From NCBI GenBank assembly GCA_965205215.1, contig OZ242041.1, forward strand, positions 320,001 to 384,000: DNA of 64,000 bases. The letters run 5' to 3'. The notes under the pieces were generated by a model. That model was given only the letters and a program-made list of their open reading frames with translations. It was not told where the DNA came from and made no database searches. How positions within the stretch are numbered: the stretch's first letter is position 1; every line of letters starts with the position of its first letter. Shown here in pieces: positions 30,722-39,963 of this stretch. A program made the translations under genes and the position numbers. This stretch comes from Nitrosopumilus sp. (GTDB taxonomy: Archaea; Thermoproteota; Nitrososphaeria; Nitrososphaerales; Nitrosopumilaceae).

Positions 30722-30773
30722 GTGACTGGTTTTTGAATCCGCAGCAGCCACACCCGGATTCAAAACGCGTCAC
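30722..30773. repeat. Inverted repeat directly after cbiD (terminator-like or operator)
   Basis: ttttgaatccg (30731-41) pairs with cggattcaaaa (30755-65); outer gtgac/gtcac. Confidence 0.7.
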
Positions 30774-30883
30774 CGGCCGCCTGTTGTTTTACAAGCGCGC
30801 ATCCAAACGGACACACCAGATGAAGTGCAGGACGCATCCTGCATGTTCGCAAATTATTAATTTTTGGGACGCGATGCCAGCGC

Positions 30884-32266
30884 GTGGGATACAGGCGGAA
30901 CGTCGGCAGGAACCGTTCGCATTACGGCCGAAACGGCAGTCGCCGTCGGGAGTCGCGCGGCAGAGGGAGCAGGGCCGGCGGCAGAAAGACTGCAATTGTC
31001 ATACTTGGAATCGCCGCTGCCGCCGCTGCCGCATTCCTGCTGCTTGCAGGACCGGCTTCATACGACGGAGGCGCCTGGCCGAATGCGGGCGCGGGGGATG
31101 ACGCGGAGGCGCCGGCGCATACGCCTGAGCCGCCGCCGTTCCCAGAACCTGCCATCACCACTGCAGAGGAGGCGGTGGAACAGGCAGGGGCAAAGCTCGA
31201 GCAGGCAGGCGCGGACCTGAGGGAATTCGCAGACTCCGGCACGCATGAAGCAGGATCAAAATACCAAGAACCGCCCTCCGAGGAGGAGCTCGCAGGGGCA
31301 AGGGCGTCCATGCTCGACATGATAAACGCCGAACGCGACAAGGCGGGGCTGGAGCCCGTTGCGCTGGGAAGCAACGGCGCGGCCCAGACCCATGCGGAGA
31401 ACATGCTTGCCGGCTGCAGCTCCTCACACTGGGGGCTTGACGGCCTCAAGCCGTACATGCGCCATACGCTGGCAGGAGGAGACCAGTACAATGCGGAGAA
31501 CATATTCGGATTGAACTACTGCGTGGACGAGTCCTACATGCTCGAGCCGCCCACCGCCACGGTACTGGATGCCATGAACGGGCTGATGCAGAGTCCGGGC
31601 CATCGGAACAACATCCTTGATCCGCACCACGCAACCGTAAACATAGGCATTGCAAGCGACTGGCGCAACGACATCGTAGTGCAGCACTTTGAGTACGAGG
31701 ACGTGCTGTCGTTTGAGGCAGAACCGGCAATTGACGAAAACGGTGTACTGTCGTTTGCAGCCGCAGTGACGGCCCAGGTCCAGTTCAGCGACAGCATGTC
31801 GCTTACGTATGATCCGGCCCCGCACAGCCTTACGCAGGGCCAGGTCGCGCGAACCTACTGTTACACCGACGGCACGTCGGTGTCCCTGATCGTCGCGCCT
31901 CCCGAGCCCGGCTGGAAGTACGACGGGTTTGGCACCACGTACAGCAGTAGCACGTGCCCGGATCCATACAAGATACCGCGTGACGTCCCAGCCCCAAAGT
32001 CCCCTCAAGAGGCCCTGCGCCTGCAAGAGTCTGCCAAGGACGCCTCGCCGGAAGGCACGGCCGAGCTCAAGGTACCCATCATAGTCGCAGAAGAATGGGG
32101 GGGCTTTGAGAATGGGAGGTTTGACCTAAAGGCGGACGTGGGGGATCTGGCGGATCTGCCCGGCGTGTATACCGTCACGCTGTACAAGAAGGACGGCCAG
32201 GAAGAGGTTCCAATCACGTCATATTCGATATTTCACAAGATGGAGCGTCCGAGCGGTTACGACTGA
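30884..32266 (+). CDS. Membrane-anchored CAP (SCP/PR-1) domain protein
   Basis: Basic N-terminus plus TM; INAER, AQTHAENM, SHW, AENI, MQSPGHRNNIL. Confidence 0.85.
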   Translation: MGYRRNVGRNRSHYGRNGSRRRESRGRGSRAGGRKTAIVILGIAAAAAAAFLLLAGPASYDGGAWPNAGAGDDAEAPAHTPEPPPFPEPAITTAEEAVEQAGAKLEQAGADLREFADSGTHEAGSKYQEPPSEEELAGARASMLDMINAERDKAGLEPVALGSNGAAQTHAENMLAGCSSSHWGLDGLKPYMRHTLAGGDQYNAENIFGLNYCVDESYMLEPPTATVLDAMNGLMQSPGHRNNILDPHHATVNIGIASDWRNDIVVQHFEYEDVLSFEAEPAIDENGVLSFAAAVTAQVQFSDSMSLTYDPAPHSLTQGQVARTYCYTDGTSVSLIVAPPEPGWKYDGFGTTYSSSTCPDPYKIPRDVPAPKSPQEALRLQESAKDASPEGTAELKVPIIVAEEWGGFENGRFDLKADVGDLADLPGVYTVTLYKKDGQEEVPITSYSIFHKMERPSGYD

Positions 32267-32494
32267 CTGCACGGCAGATCCCTGATGCCATGACGCCATT
32301 CCCCAAATGGACGGTACGGCTGCATCCCGCCATGCCGGACCAGAGCCCAGCTGCAGCATGCAGTGACCACGGCCGCCCGACAGGGGGCCGTGCAGGCCAG
32401 CCTGTACACATGCGGCGCGGCAGCAAGGAATGCCGCGCGCCGGTCGCGCCTATGTGATGGCAAGGTATTTTACAAAACAGGCCAAAGGCTGCGC

Positions 32495-33601
32495 ATGGAG
32501 AAGGTAGCCATACTGGCAATAACCAAGGACGGCATCAGGACCGGGCTGGACATACTAGATGCGTTTCCCGGATGGGAGGTACACGCCCCCGGCAAGTTTG
32601 CCGCCACATACGACAACGACGCGCGCATAAGCTGGTACACGGAGCAGACGTCTGTTGTTATATCCAAGCTGTTTGCGCAGAGCGACGGGCTGGTGTGCCT
32701 GTTCTCGCTTGGCGCCACAATCAGGCTGATTGCGCCCCACATCAAAGACAAAAAGACGGATCCGGCCGTAATCGTGATTGACGAGATGAGAAACTTCGTC
32801 ATAAGCGTGCTGTCGGGGCACATCGGCGGCGCAAACAAGCTGACCCGTGACATCGCAGGGAGGCTGGGCGCGCGGCCGGTAATCACTACCGCGGCGGACG
32901 TAAAGGGCACCATATCAGTTGACATGATAGGCCGCGACTACAGCTGGGTGATAGAGGACGACTCGGACGTTACGGCGGTGAGCGCCCACATGGTAAACGA
33001 GGAAAAGATCGGCGTATACCAGGACGCGGGCAGGACGGACTGGTGGCGCGGCGGTGGCAGCGGCGGTGGCAGCGACGGCCTGCCTGCAAACGTCACCACA
33101 TACGACACGCTTGACGCCCTGCACAAGTCAGACTCGAGGGCGCACCTCATAATATCGGACAAGACTGACATACCAGGAGCCCCTGCAAGCCGCGTCATAT
33201 ACAGGCCCCCCACCCTGGTAGTCGGGGTCGGGGTGCACCGCGACACCGCCACGGACACCATCATCGGCGGCATTACGGAGGTCCTCAAGGCGCACGGCCT
33301 GTCTGCAAAATGTGTTGCCAGGCTGGCGTCGATAAAAAAGCCGGCCGACGTGCCGGGGCTGGCAGAGGCCGCAGACGTGCTGCAGGTGCCGCTTGACCTG
33401 TACGACCGGGACGATCTGGCGGGGGTTGCGGTGCCGAACCCCTCCGATACGGTAAGGGCGTACGAGGGCACGCCGAGCGTGTCTGAGGCCGCCTGCATCA
33501 AGGCGGGCGGAGGCCCGGATTCCTGCAGGCTCATAGTGCAAAAGCAGAAATTCCCGCCGGATTTGACGGTGGCCGTATCGAGGAAGGTGTCGGAGGCATG
33601 A
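32495..33601 (+). CDS. cbiG: Cobalt-precorrin-5A hydrolase
   Basis: DKKTDPAV, LSGHIGGAN, ITTA, SVSEAA. Confidence 0.93.
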   Translation: MEKVAILAITKDGIRTGLDILDAFPGWEVHAPGKFAATYDNDARISWYTEQTSVVISKLFAQSDGLVCLFSLGATIRLIAPHIKDKKTDPAVIVIDEMRNFVISVLSGHIGGANKLTRDIAGRLGARPVITTAADVKGTISVDMIGRDYSWVIEDDSDVTAVSAHMVNEEKIGVYQDAGRTDWWRGGGSGGGSDGLPANVTTYDTLDALHKSDSRAHLIISDKTDIPGAPASRVIYRPPTLVVGVGVHRDTATDTIIGGITEVLKAHGLSAKCVARLASIKKPADVPGLAEAADVLQVPLDLYDRDDLAGVAVPNPSDTVRAYEGTPSVSEAACIKAGGGPDSCRLIVQKQKFPPDLTVAVSRKVSEA

Positions 33602-34389
33602 CTGCAGGGCAAGAAAAGGGGAGGAGGCGCGGGCTGCTCCTGATTGACAGGGGGAGCCGCGAGCGCGAGGCATCAGAGGAGCTTGACAGCATATGCGCCG
33701 GCATCATGAAAAAGGGGGACTATGCGTTTGCCGAATACTGTTTTCTGGAGGTGGAGCCGCCGTACATCGAGGACGGCATGGCAAAGTGCCTCAAGCCCGA
33801 CGAGATAGACGCGCTTACGATCGTGCCGTACTTCCTATACCCGGGGAAAAAGGTCAAGAACGCCGTAGCGGACGCCATGACGTACCAGTCCAAGACGCGG
33901 ATAAAGCTGCTCGTAACGAGGGCCATGAGCATGCACGGCACGCTGGTCGATATCGTGCAGAGCAGGGTGGCCACCGCGCTAAAAGAGAACGACGTCACCA
34001 TGCCGGACGACGGGGTGGACGTGATGATAATCGGCCACGGCAGCGTGGATCCCAACGCGCAGCGCTCCATGGACTACATCGTAAACGGCCTCAAGGGAAG
34101 GTACCGCAACGTGAGCAGGTGCTGGCTTGAGATAGAGCAGCCCGACATAGCCGCGGGCATCAAGAGGTGCGAGGCGGACAGTCCCGAGGCATTGGTCATC
34201 GTATACTATTTCCTGCACGAGGGCGCTCACGTAAAGACGGACATCAACAACGATCTGATGCCCGCCCTAGAGTCGTCGTCGATAAGAAACGCATACATCA
34301 CGAAGCACATCGGGGCGGACGAGAGGATGATAGACTTGATACTGCAGAGAGCGGCAGAGGTGGAGGCGGCGGACCATGTCACAGGTTAG
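33598..34389 (+). CDS. cbiX: Sirohydrochlorin cobaltochelatase, long form
   Basis: Two CbiX domains: RGSR..FLEVEPP and GHGS..WLEIEQP..GAHVKTDI. Confidence 0.88.
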   Translation: MTAGQEKGRRRGLLLIDRGSREREASEELDSICAGIMKKGDYAFAEYCFLEVEPPYIEDGMAKCLKPDEIDALTIVPYFLYPGKKVKNAVADAMTYQSKTRIKLLVTRAMSMHGTLVDIVQSRVATALKENDVTMPDDGVDVMIIGHGSVDPNAQRSMDYIVNGLKGRYRNVSRCWLEIEQPDIAAGIKRCEADSPEALVIVYYFLHEGAHVKTDINNDLMPALESSSIRNAYITKHIGADERMIDLILQRAAEVEAADHVTG

Positions 34390-35026
34390 GGCGGGCCAGT
34401 CGATAGAGGATGCCAGCATGCGCATCATAGACGAGGAGATTGGCGGCAGACATACGTACAACGACACGGAATGGCCCGTCGTGAGGCGGGTCATACACGC
34501 CACGGCTGACTTTGACTTTGCGGGGGCAAACCGGATACTGTTTCATGAGAATGCCATCAAGGGCGGGATGGGCGCGCTCAAGGGCGGGCGCGCGATCATA
34601 ACGGACGTCAACGGCGTGATCGGGGGCCTCAACAAGCAGAACCCGAGGGACTTTGGAAACGAGATCATATGCAGGATATCCGATCCCAGCGTGGCCGCGG
34701 CCGCAAAGGAAAAGTCGCTTACCAGGTCGCAGGCAGCGATGCGCTCGGTGTCGTCTGAGATGAGCGGCGGCATAGTGGTGATCGGCAACGCGCCGACTGC
34801 CCTGCGCGAGGTTCTGAAGATGGCAAGGGAGGGCGCGGCAAAACCCGCCCTCATAGTGGGAATGCCGGTCGGCTTTGTGGATGCCGCAGAGTCAAAGGCG
34901 GAGCTGGCCCAACAAAATGACATACCGTACATCACCAATACGGGCAGGAAGGGCGGCAGCCCCACCGCGTCTGCCATCGTCAACGCGCTGTACAAGCTGC
35001 TCAGGGCGCACAAGGCCGCATCATAA
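34376..35026 (+). CDS. cbiC: Precorrin-8X methylmutase
   Basis: RVIHATADF, GNAPTAL, PVGFV, GRKGGS. Confidence 0.95.
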   Translation: MSQVRAGQSIEDASMRIIDEEIGGRHTYNDTEWPVVRRVIHATADFDFAGANRILFHENAIKGGMGALKGGRAIITDVNGVIGGLNKQNPRDFGNEIICRISDPSVAAAAKEKSLTRSQAAMRSVSSEMSGGIVVIGNAPTALREVLKMAREGAAKPALIVGMPVGFVDAAESKAELAQQNDIPYITNTGRKGGSPTASAIVNALYKLLRAHKAAS

Positions 35027-35120
35027 TCACCCGAGCCACAGATGGGCGTTACAATACCAAGATCGTTTTTCATCCCGTAACTTCTTCAAACACGCCCTGC
35101 GGATCGCCGCAGTACGGGCC

Positions 35121-36584
35121 TCAGAGCCGCCTGTACCGTGCGCAGTTCGCGACAAAGTGCGACGCAAAGTCGGCCACGTCAAAGTAGATGTGCCCGTACG
35201 ACGCAAGCGTGTTGTGTACCATCAGGCCGTCGTTCCCGTTTTGTATGCCCACACCGCAGTTCTCCCCGCCGCAGTTCCCGTCGTACAGACGGATTGCAAG
35301 GCCCGAACCCCGCGGCAGGCCAGACATTCTGGAATAGTGGAACTCGTGCCCCCGGAACTTGCGATCGGAACTGCCTGTAATGGGAGTGCCAGGACTTATG
35401 ACGCCTTTGGTATAATTTATGACGGGACGGCCTGTCATTACGACGCCGGCATCAAACAGTCCCACCATGCCATATTTTTTGCGCTGCTTGCTTGTTATGC
35501 TCTTTGAGAGGTACATCAGTCCGCCACACTCCGCGTATATGGGCATCCCGTCCTCTGCCATCTTCTTGATCGATTTTTTCATGGACTGGTTCTGCTCAAG
35601 CGGGGCCGCCAGCACCTCCGGAAACCCGCCCCCGATGTATAGGGCGTCGCACGCGGGCGGCCTCTTGCCTGACACGGGACTGAAGAACTTCAACCGCGCG
35701 CCCTCGCGGCGCAGCGCGTCGAGGTTGTCCTGATAGTAAAAGTTGAACGAAGAGTCTAGCGCCACCGCTATGGCTGGCCCGTCCTTGTTTTTCACCTCCT
35801 TGTTGTAATTTGCGACGAGCTCCCTGTTCCGCAGCACGGCGTTTGGCGTCCTGCGCGGCTTGGCAGCAGCAGCAGCAGCAGCCGGAACGGGCCCCGCCGA
35901 ATAGGCTATAGCCAGCAGTCTCTTTACGTCCAGGCGCGGTTCTACGACGTCTGCAATCCTCTCAATCTTTTTCTCCAGCTCCGTCCTGTCAACGGTAGAG
36001 TGGAGTCCCAGATGGCGCTCCTCCATCGTCATTGCCGCGTCCCTGTATATGGCTCCCAGGACCGGGATGCCTGCGCTGCGGAGCGCGTCCTGGCACGTCA
36101 GCGCGTGTCTGACGCTGCCAAGCTTGTTGAGAATCACGCCCGCAATGCGCGAATTCTTCTGAAACGAGCGAAAGCCGAGAGCGGTGGCGGCCACCGACCG
36201 CGCGGCCTTTGAAGCGTCCACGGCCAGTATGACAGGCGAGCGCGTGATGCCTGCCATGTGATACGTGCTGGCATAGTCAGAGTGTCCGGAATGCCCGTCG
36301 TAATACCCCATGACCCCCTCTATCACCGACACGTCGGAGCCCTGCGCGTGCATTGCAAAGCTTTCCAGAGTCCGACGGGTGCTCCCCATCACCCATACGT
36401 CTAGGTTGCGCGCATCGCGTCCCGCCGCCGCACCCAGGTACACGGGATCGATATAGTCCGGCCCCACCTTGAACGGCGACACGGTCAGCCCCTGCCTGCG
36501 CATGATATGTATGATTGCGCATGTTATGGACGTCTTGCCGACCCCGCTTGAGACGCCGGCGACGACCACCCGTGGAAGCTTCAA
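35121..36584 (-). CDS. cbiA: Cobyrinate a,c-diamide synthase
   Basis: SGVGKT, KVGPDYIDP, EGVMG, RHLGL, AECGG, HEFHYS; TTG start at 36584. Confidence 0.94.
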   Translation of the reverse strand: MKLPRVVVAGVSSGVGKTSITCAIIHIMRRQGLTVSPFKVGPDYIDPVYLGAAAGRDARNLDVWVMGSTRRTLESFAMHAQGSDVSVIEGVMGYYDGHSGHSDYASTYHMAGITRSPVILAVDASKAARSVAATALGFRSFQKNSRIAGVILNKLGSVRHALTCQDALRSAGIPVLGAIYRDAAMTMEERHLGLHSTVDRTELEKKIERIADVVEPRLDVKRLLAIAYSAGPVPAAAAAAAKPRRTPNAVLRNRELVANYNKEVKNKDGPAIAVALDSSFNFYYQDNLDALRREGARLKFFSPVSGKRPPACDALYIGGGFPEVLAAPLEQNQSMKKSIKKMAEDGMPIYAECGGLMYLSKSITSKQRKKYGMVGLFDAGVVMTGRPVINYTKGVISPGTPITGSSDRKFRGHEFHYSRMSGLPRGSGLAIRLYDGNCGGENCGVGIQNGNDGLMVHNTLASYGHIYFDVADFASHFVANCARYRRL

Positions 36585-36651
36585 CGCATACGGGCCGTCC
36601 TGCCGATTAATAATAATAACACGCAGCCGCCACCATATCCGGAGAACAGGC

Positions 36652-37206
36652 ATGAAATCACGCGACAAGAGAGACGATAGCGGCGGGATTGTCATCGTAT
36701 ACACGGGCGGGGGCAAGGGCAAGACTACCGCGGCCCTCGGAATGGCCCTGCGCGCGCTGGGCCACCGCAAGAAGGTGTGCATGGTACAGTTCATCAAGGG
36801 GTCGTGGAGGTACGGCGAGATGGAGTCATCCAAGCTGCTCGAGCCCGGCTTCGAGATGATCGCGGCCGGCAAGGGGTTTGTAGGAATAATAGACGACAAG
36901 AGCCCCCGGGAGGACCACGAGAGGATTGCGGGGGAGGCAGTCAGGCTGGCATCAGAAAAGGTGCGATCTGGCGCGTACGACATAGTCATACTGGACGAGA
37001 TAAACTACGCGGTGGACCTCGGGCTGGTGCCGGTGTCCGACGTGCTCGAGATACTGGATGCCCGCCCGCCAGGGGTCTCCGTGGTGCTGACGGGAAACCG
37101 CGCTACCGACCAAGTGGTCGAGAGGGCCGACCTCGTCACCGAGATGAGGGAGGTCAAGCACCCGTTCAAAAGGGGCATCAGGGCCAAAAAGGGGATCGAC
37201 TTTTAG
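36652..37206 (+). CDS. cobO: Cob(I)yrinic acid a,c-diamide adenosyltransferase
   Basis: YTGGGKGKTTAA, QFIKG, LDEI, KHPF, GIDF. Confidence 0.95.
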   Translation: MKSRDKRDDSGGIVIVYTGGGKGKTTAALGMALRALGHRKKVCMVQFIKGSWRYGEMESSKLLEPGFEMIAAGKGFVGIIDDKSPREDHERIAGEAVRLASEKVRSGAYDIVILDEINYAVDLGLVPVSDVLEILDARPPGVSVVLTGNRATDQVVERADLVTEMREVKHPFKRGIRAKKGIDF

Positions 37207-37443
37207 GCACACGCAGCAGGCAAGAAAAGATCACCTTGGAATCACAGTAACAGACCGAGTTTCCGAGTCGCTAATGCGCATATGGCAGAGGGAGGAGCAG
37301 GCCTGGCCGATGTGCGTTAAAGGCAGTCGCGCGCGGCAATCCTGACAACGGCGCCGCATGATCCTCGTCGGCGCTCGGTTCCGGGCGGGCGCATCATGCG
37401 CCCGGCGCCAACCGCGGGGGCAATCCTGAAAAGCCGCGAAGCG

Positions 37444-37941
37444 TCACGGCTGCTGGGAGAGGAGATCCTCCCACTCGTCCTCGTCACTAACCTCGTCAAG
37501 CAGGACCGTCTTGAACAGCTCAAACGTGACATAGTCCTTGTCCCTGTACTTTTCTGCCATCTTGTTGTAAAAGTCGATCGCACACCTCTCGGCGCTGATC
37601 ACGTCCTCGATGACCTGCTTCAGGTTGCCCTGATCCTCCGGAGGCTTGCTGTAGCCGCACCCGCCGACTTCTGCCAGCTTTGCAAAGTCCATGACGGGCG
37701 CGCCGCCAAGCTCCATTATCCTGTTTGCAAACTTTTCTGCATGCAAGAGCTCGTCGGCAGACTGGGCCGTCAGGCGGGAGGTTATCGCGTCGGCGTTGAT
37801 CCCGCTTACCCAGTGGGCGGCAAGCCAGTACTGGTAGTGCGCAAGCCACTCGTCGGCGTACGCCTTGTTGAGGTCCGCAATCACCTCGTTTACGTCAATC
37901 TTTGAGGCGACGATCTCGGTTCCTTTCTTGCCCATATCCAT
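37444..37941 (-). CDS. Ferritin-like DPSL (thioferritin-type) protein
   Basis: ADEWLAHYQY, DELLHA, AERCAI, DE; Cys pair typical of DPSL. Confidence 0.82.
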   Translation of the reverse strand: MDMGKKGTEIVASKIDVNEVIADLNKAYADEWLAHYQYWLAAHWVSGINADAITSRLTAQSADELLHAEKFANRIMELGGAPVMDFAKLAEVGGCGYSKPPEDQGNLKQVIEDVISAERCAIDFYNKMAEKYRDKDYVTFELFKTVLLDEVSDEDEWEDLLSQQP

Positions 37942-38028
37942 CCGTGGAGCGCATCCTGATTTAACTATTGCCGAATCCAGTCCCCCCCCCCTAGAAACCG
38001 TTTAATTCGAGGGGCCCACACGCACCGC

Positions 38029-38838
38029 ATGCATGCAGACGAGATGCCCGAGCAGGGCGAGATTGTCATGGCGACCGTCACGAAGGTGATGGACCACGGC
38101 GCCTACGTCTCGCTTGACGAGTACGACGGCATGCAGGGGTTCCTGCACATATCGGAGATCGCCCCGGGGTGGATACGCTCCATAAACAAGCACGTCAGGA
38201 AGGGGGAGAAGAAGGTGCTCTTGGTCAAGAAGGTCAATCCCCGCAGGGGCGACATAGACCTGTCGCTCAAGCAGATATCAAAGGATCAGAAAAAGCAAAA
38301 GATCCGGGAGGTCAAAAAGTACGAGAAGGGAAACACGCTGATGCAGAGCGTGCGGGAAAAGGCGGATCTGTCAGAAGACGACATATCAGACGTGGAGGAC
38401 AAGATATACTCAAAGTTCGACTCCGTGTACGACGCGTTCATCGAGATAGGCCGCAGGGGCGGCTCTTCTGTCGGCGGCCTAGGAATCGACAAGAACATAG
38501 TTAGCACAATGGAGGAGGTGGCCTCGAAGATAAAGCTGCCCTCAGTGGAGATCAGGGGCGTGATGGACATTGCAAGCAGCCGTCCGGACGGGGTGGAGGT
38601 GATCAGGAAGATACTGCTCGACGCGATACCGGACAGGAACGGCGGCAGCGCGACGGAGAACGCGGAGATCACGTACCTGGGCGCCCCGAAATACAGGCTG
38701 GCGGTCACGTCCGAGGACTTCAAGTCCGCGGAGAAGGTGCTAAAGCCCATCGTGTCGGAGATACAGTCAGGGATAGAGAAGAAAAAGGGCACGTTCAGCT
38801 TTACAAGGGAAGAGTCGAAAAAGACCAGGGAGAACTAG
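38029..38838 (+). CDS. eif2a: Translation initiation factor aIF2 alpha
   Basis: S1 domain GAYVSLDEY, DIDLS, YLGAPKY; upstream of nop10. Confidence 0.96.
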   Translation: MHADEMPEQGEIVMATVTKVMDHGAYVSLDEYDGMQGFLHISEIAPGWIRSINKHVRKGEKKVLLVKKVNPRRGDIDLSLKQISKDQKKQKIREVKKYEKGNTLMQSVREKADLSEDDISDVEDKIYSKFDSVYDAFIEIGRRGGSSVGGLGIDKNIVSTMEEVASKIKLPSVEIRGVMDIASSRPDGVEVIRKILLDAIPDRNGGSATENAEITYLGAPKYRLAVTSEDFKSAEKVLKPIVSEIQSGIEKKKGTFSFTREESKKTREN

Positions 38839-38839
38839 C

Positions 38840-39043
38840 ATGCGCTTTTTGCTGCGCAGGTGCGTCTCATGCAACAGGTACACCCTCAAGGCGCGGTGCC
38901 CCGCGTGCGACGCGGACACGGAGTCGGCGCATCCCGCCAAGTACTCGCCTGACGACAAGTACGCCAGATACAGGCTTGCGTCAAGGTACGCCGGGCAGGA
39001 TTCAGGTGGCGGTGGTGGCGACGTGCCGCAGAAGACGCAGTGA
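38840..39043 (+). CDS. nop10: H/ACA RNP protein Nop10
   Basis: YTLK..CPAC..HPAKYSPDDKY. Confidence 0.95.
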   Translation: MRFLLRRCVSCNRYTLKARCPACDADTESAHPAKYSPDDKYARYRLASRYAGQDSGGGGGDVPQKTQ

Positions 39044-39058
39044 GCCGCGGAGACTGCA

Positions 39059-39529
39059 TCAGCCAGGAGAGTACCTGCCGCGCATCTCCGCCTTTGCCAT
39101 GACGTGCGGCCTTATGGCCTGCTCCAGCTGCTGCTTTGTCGCCGACGCGCCCAGTTTAATCTCGGCGTCCAGCGCGTAGACCGCAAAGACGTAGGTGTGC
39201 TCCGCATCGGGAGGGGCGGGGCCGCCGTACCCGGTGCTGCCAAAGTCAGTCGTGCCCTGCACGGCGCCTGCCGGCGGCGCCGAGCCCTCGCCGATCAGGG
39301 CCGTATCAGGCGGCATGTTCCACACGATCCAGTGCGACCACACCTTGCCTGCCGGCTTCATGGCGTCCGGATCGTCCATTATGAGCGCCAAGGACTTTGC
39401 GCCCTCGGGCACGCCGGAAAACGACAGGGCGGGGCTGACGTTCCCGTTCTTGTAGCCGTGCCTCCTCGGGATCCGGCCGCCGTCCTCAAAGGCGTCGCTT
39501 GATATGGCAATGCCCGTCATGCGCGCCAT
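39059..39529 (-). CDS. YbhB/YbcL (PEBP) family protein
   Basis: DDPDA, HW, YGGPAPP, HTYVF. Confidence 0.92.
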   Translation of the reverse strand: MARMTGIAISSDAFEDGGRIPRRHGYKNGNVSPALSFSGVPEGAKSLALIMDDPDAMKPAGKVWSHWIVWNMPPDTALIGEGSAPPAGAVQGTTDFGSTGYGGPAPPDAEHTYVFAVYALDAEIKLGASATKQQLEQAIRPHVMAKAEMRGRYSPG

Positions 39530-39573
39530 TGCGGGCGCGCCAAGTTAAGGGTTTCCTTCGGGCTTTCGGCGGC

Positions 39574-39963
39574 CTACGGCTCCAGGACTATGCGGTCGTT
39601 TGAAAACGACATTATCGAGCATCCGCGCTCGCGGAGCCGCCGCTTCAGCCCCCGGTCCATGGTGGCTACTATGCCGCCGCGCGCGGCCGCGTGGGACAGT
39701 ATTGCGTCGTCGGCCGTCGCCGCGCCGGCGCCCATCTGCACGGTCCGGAGGCCCCGCGCAAACTCCATGGTGCGCCGCGCGTCGTCACTCCTCGCATCGC
39801 CGCGCCGGAGTATGCGGTCCAGCTCGACAAGCACTACACGCGGCACCACGAACGACACCTCTCCTATCTCGTCGCCCAGGCTGTCTATATTTCTGACCCG
39901 CGTGGTGGCCAGGTGCATCAGAAAGCTCGTGTCGCATATCACGTCAGCCAGCGGCGACCACAC
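39574..39963 (-). CDS. PIN-domain protein (Fcf1/Utp24-like)
   Basis: CDTSFLM, ADDAIL, VATMD; coupled to aIF2 gamma. Confidence 0.88.
   Translation of the reverse strand: MWSPLADVICDTSFLMHLATTRVRNIDSLGDEIGEVSFVVPRVVLVELDRILRRGDARSDDARRTMEFARGLRTVQMGAGAATADDAILSHAAARGGIVATMDRGLKRRLRERGCSIMSFSNDRIVLEP

Noticed and set aside
36585-36989. Long N-terminal extensions of cbiA and cobO in the ORF track
   Set aside because: Antisense read-through of each other; the TATA region near 36607 supports starts at 36584 and 36652
37386-37404. Palindrome cgggcgcat-c-atgcgcccg between convergent cobO and DPSL genes
   Set aside because: Single short GC-rich palindrome, not seen elsewhere; chance or simple terminator
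39574-39963. PIN protein as a VapC toxin
   Set aside because: Standard archaeal rps6e-aIF2 gamma-PIN context indicates housekeeping rRNA processing
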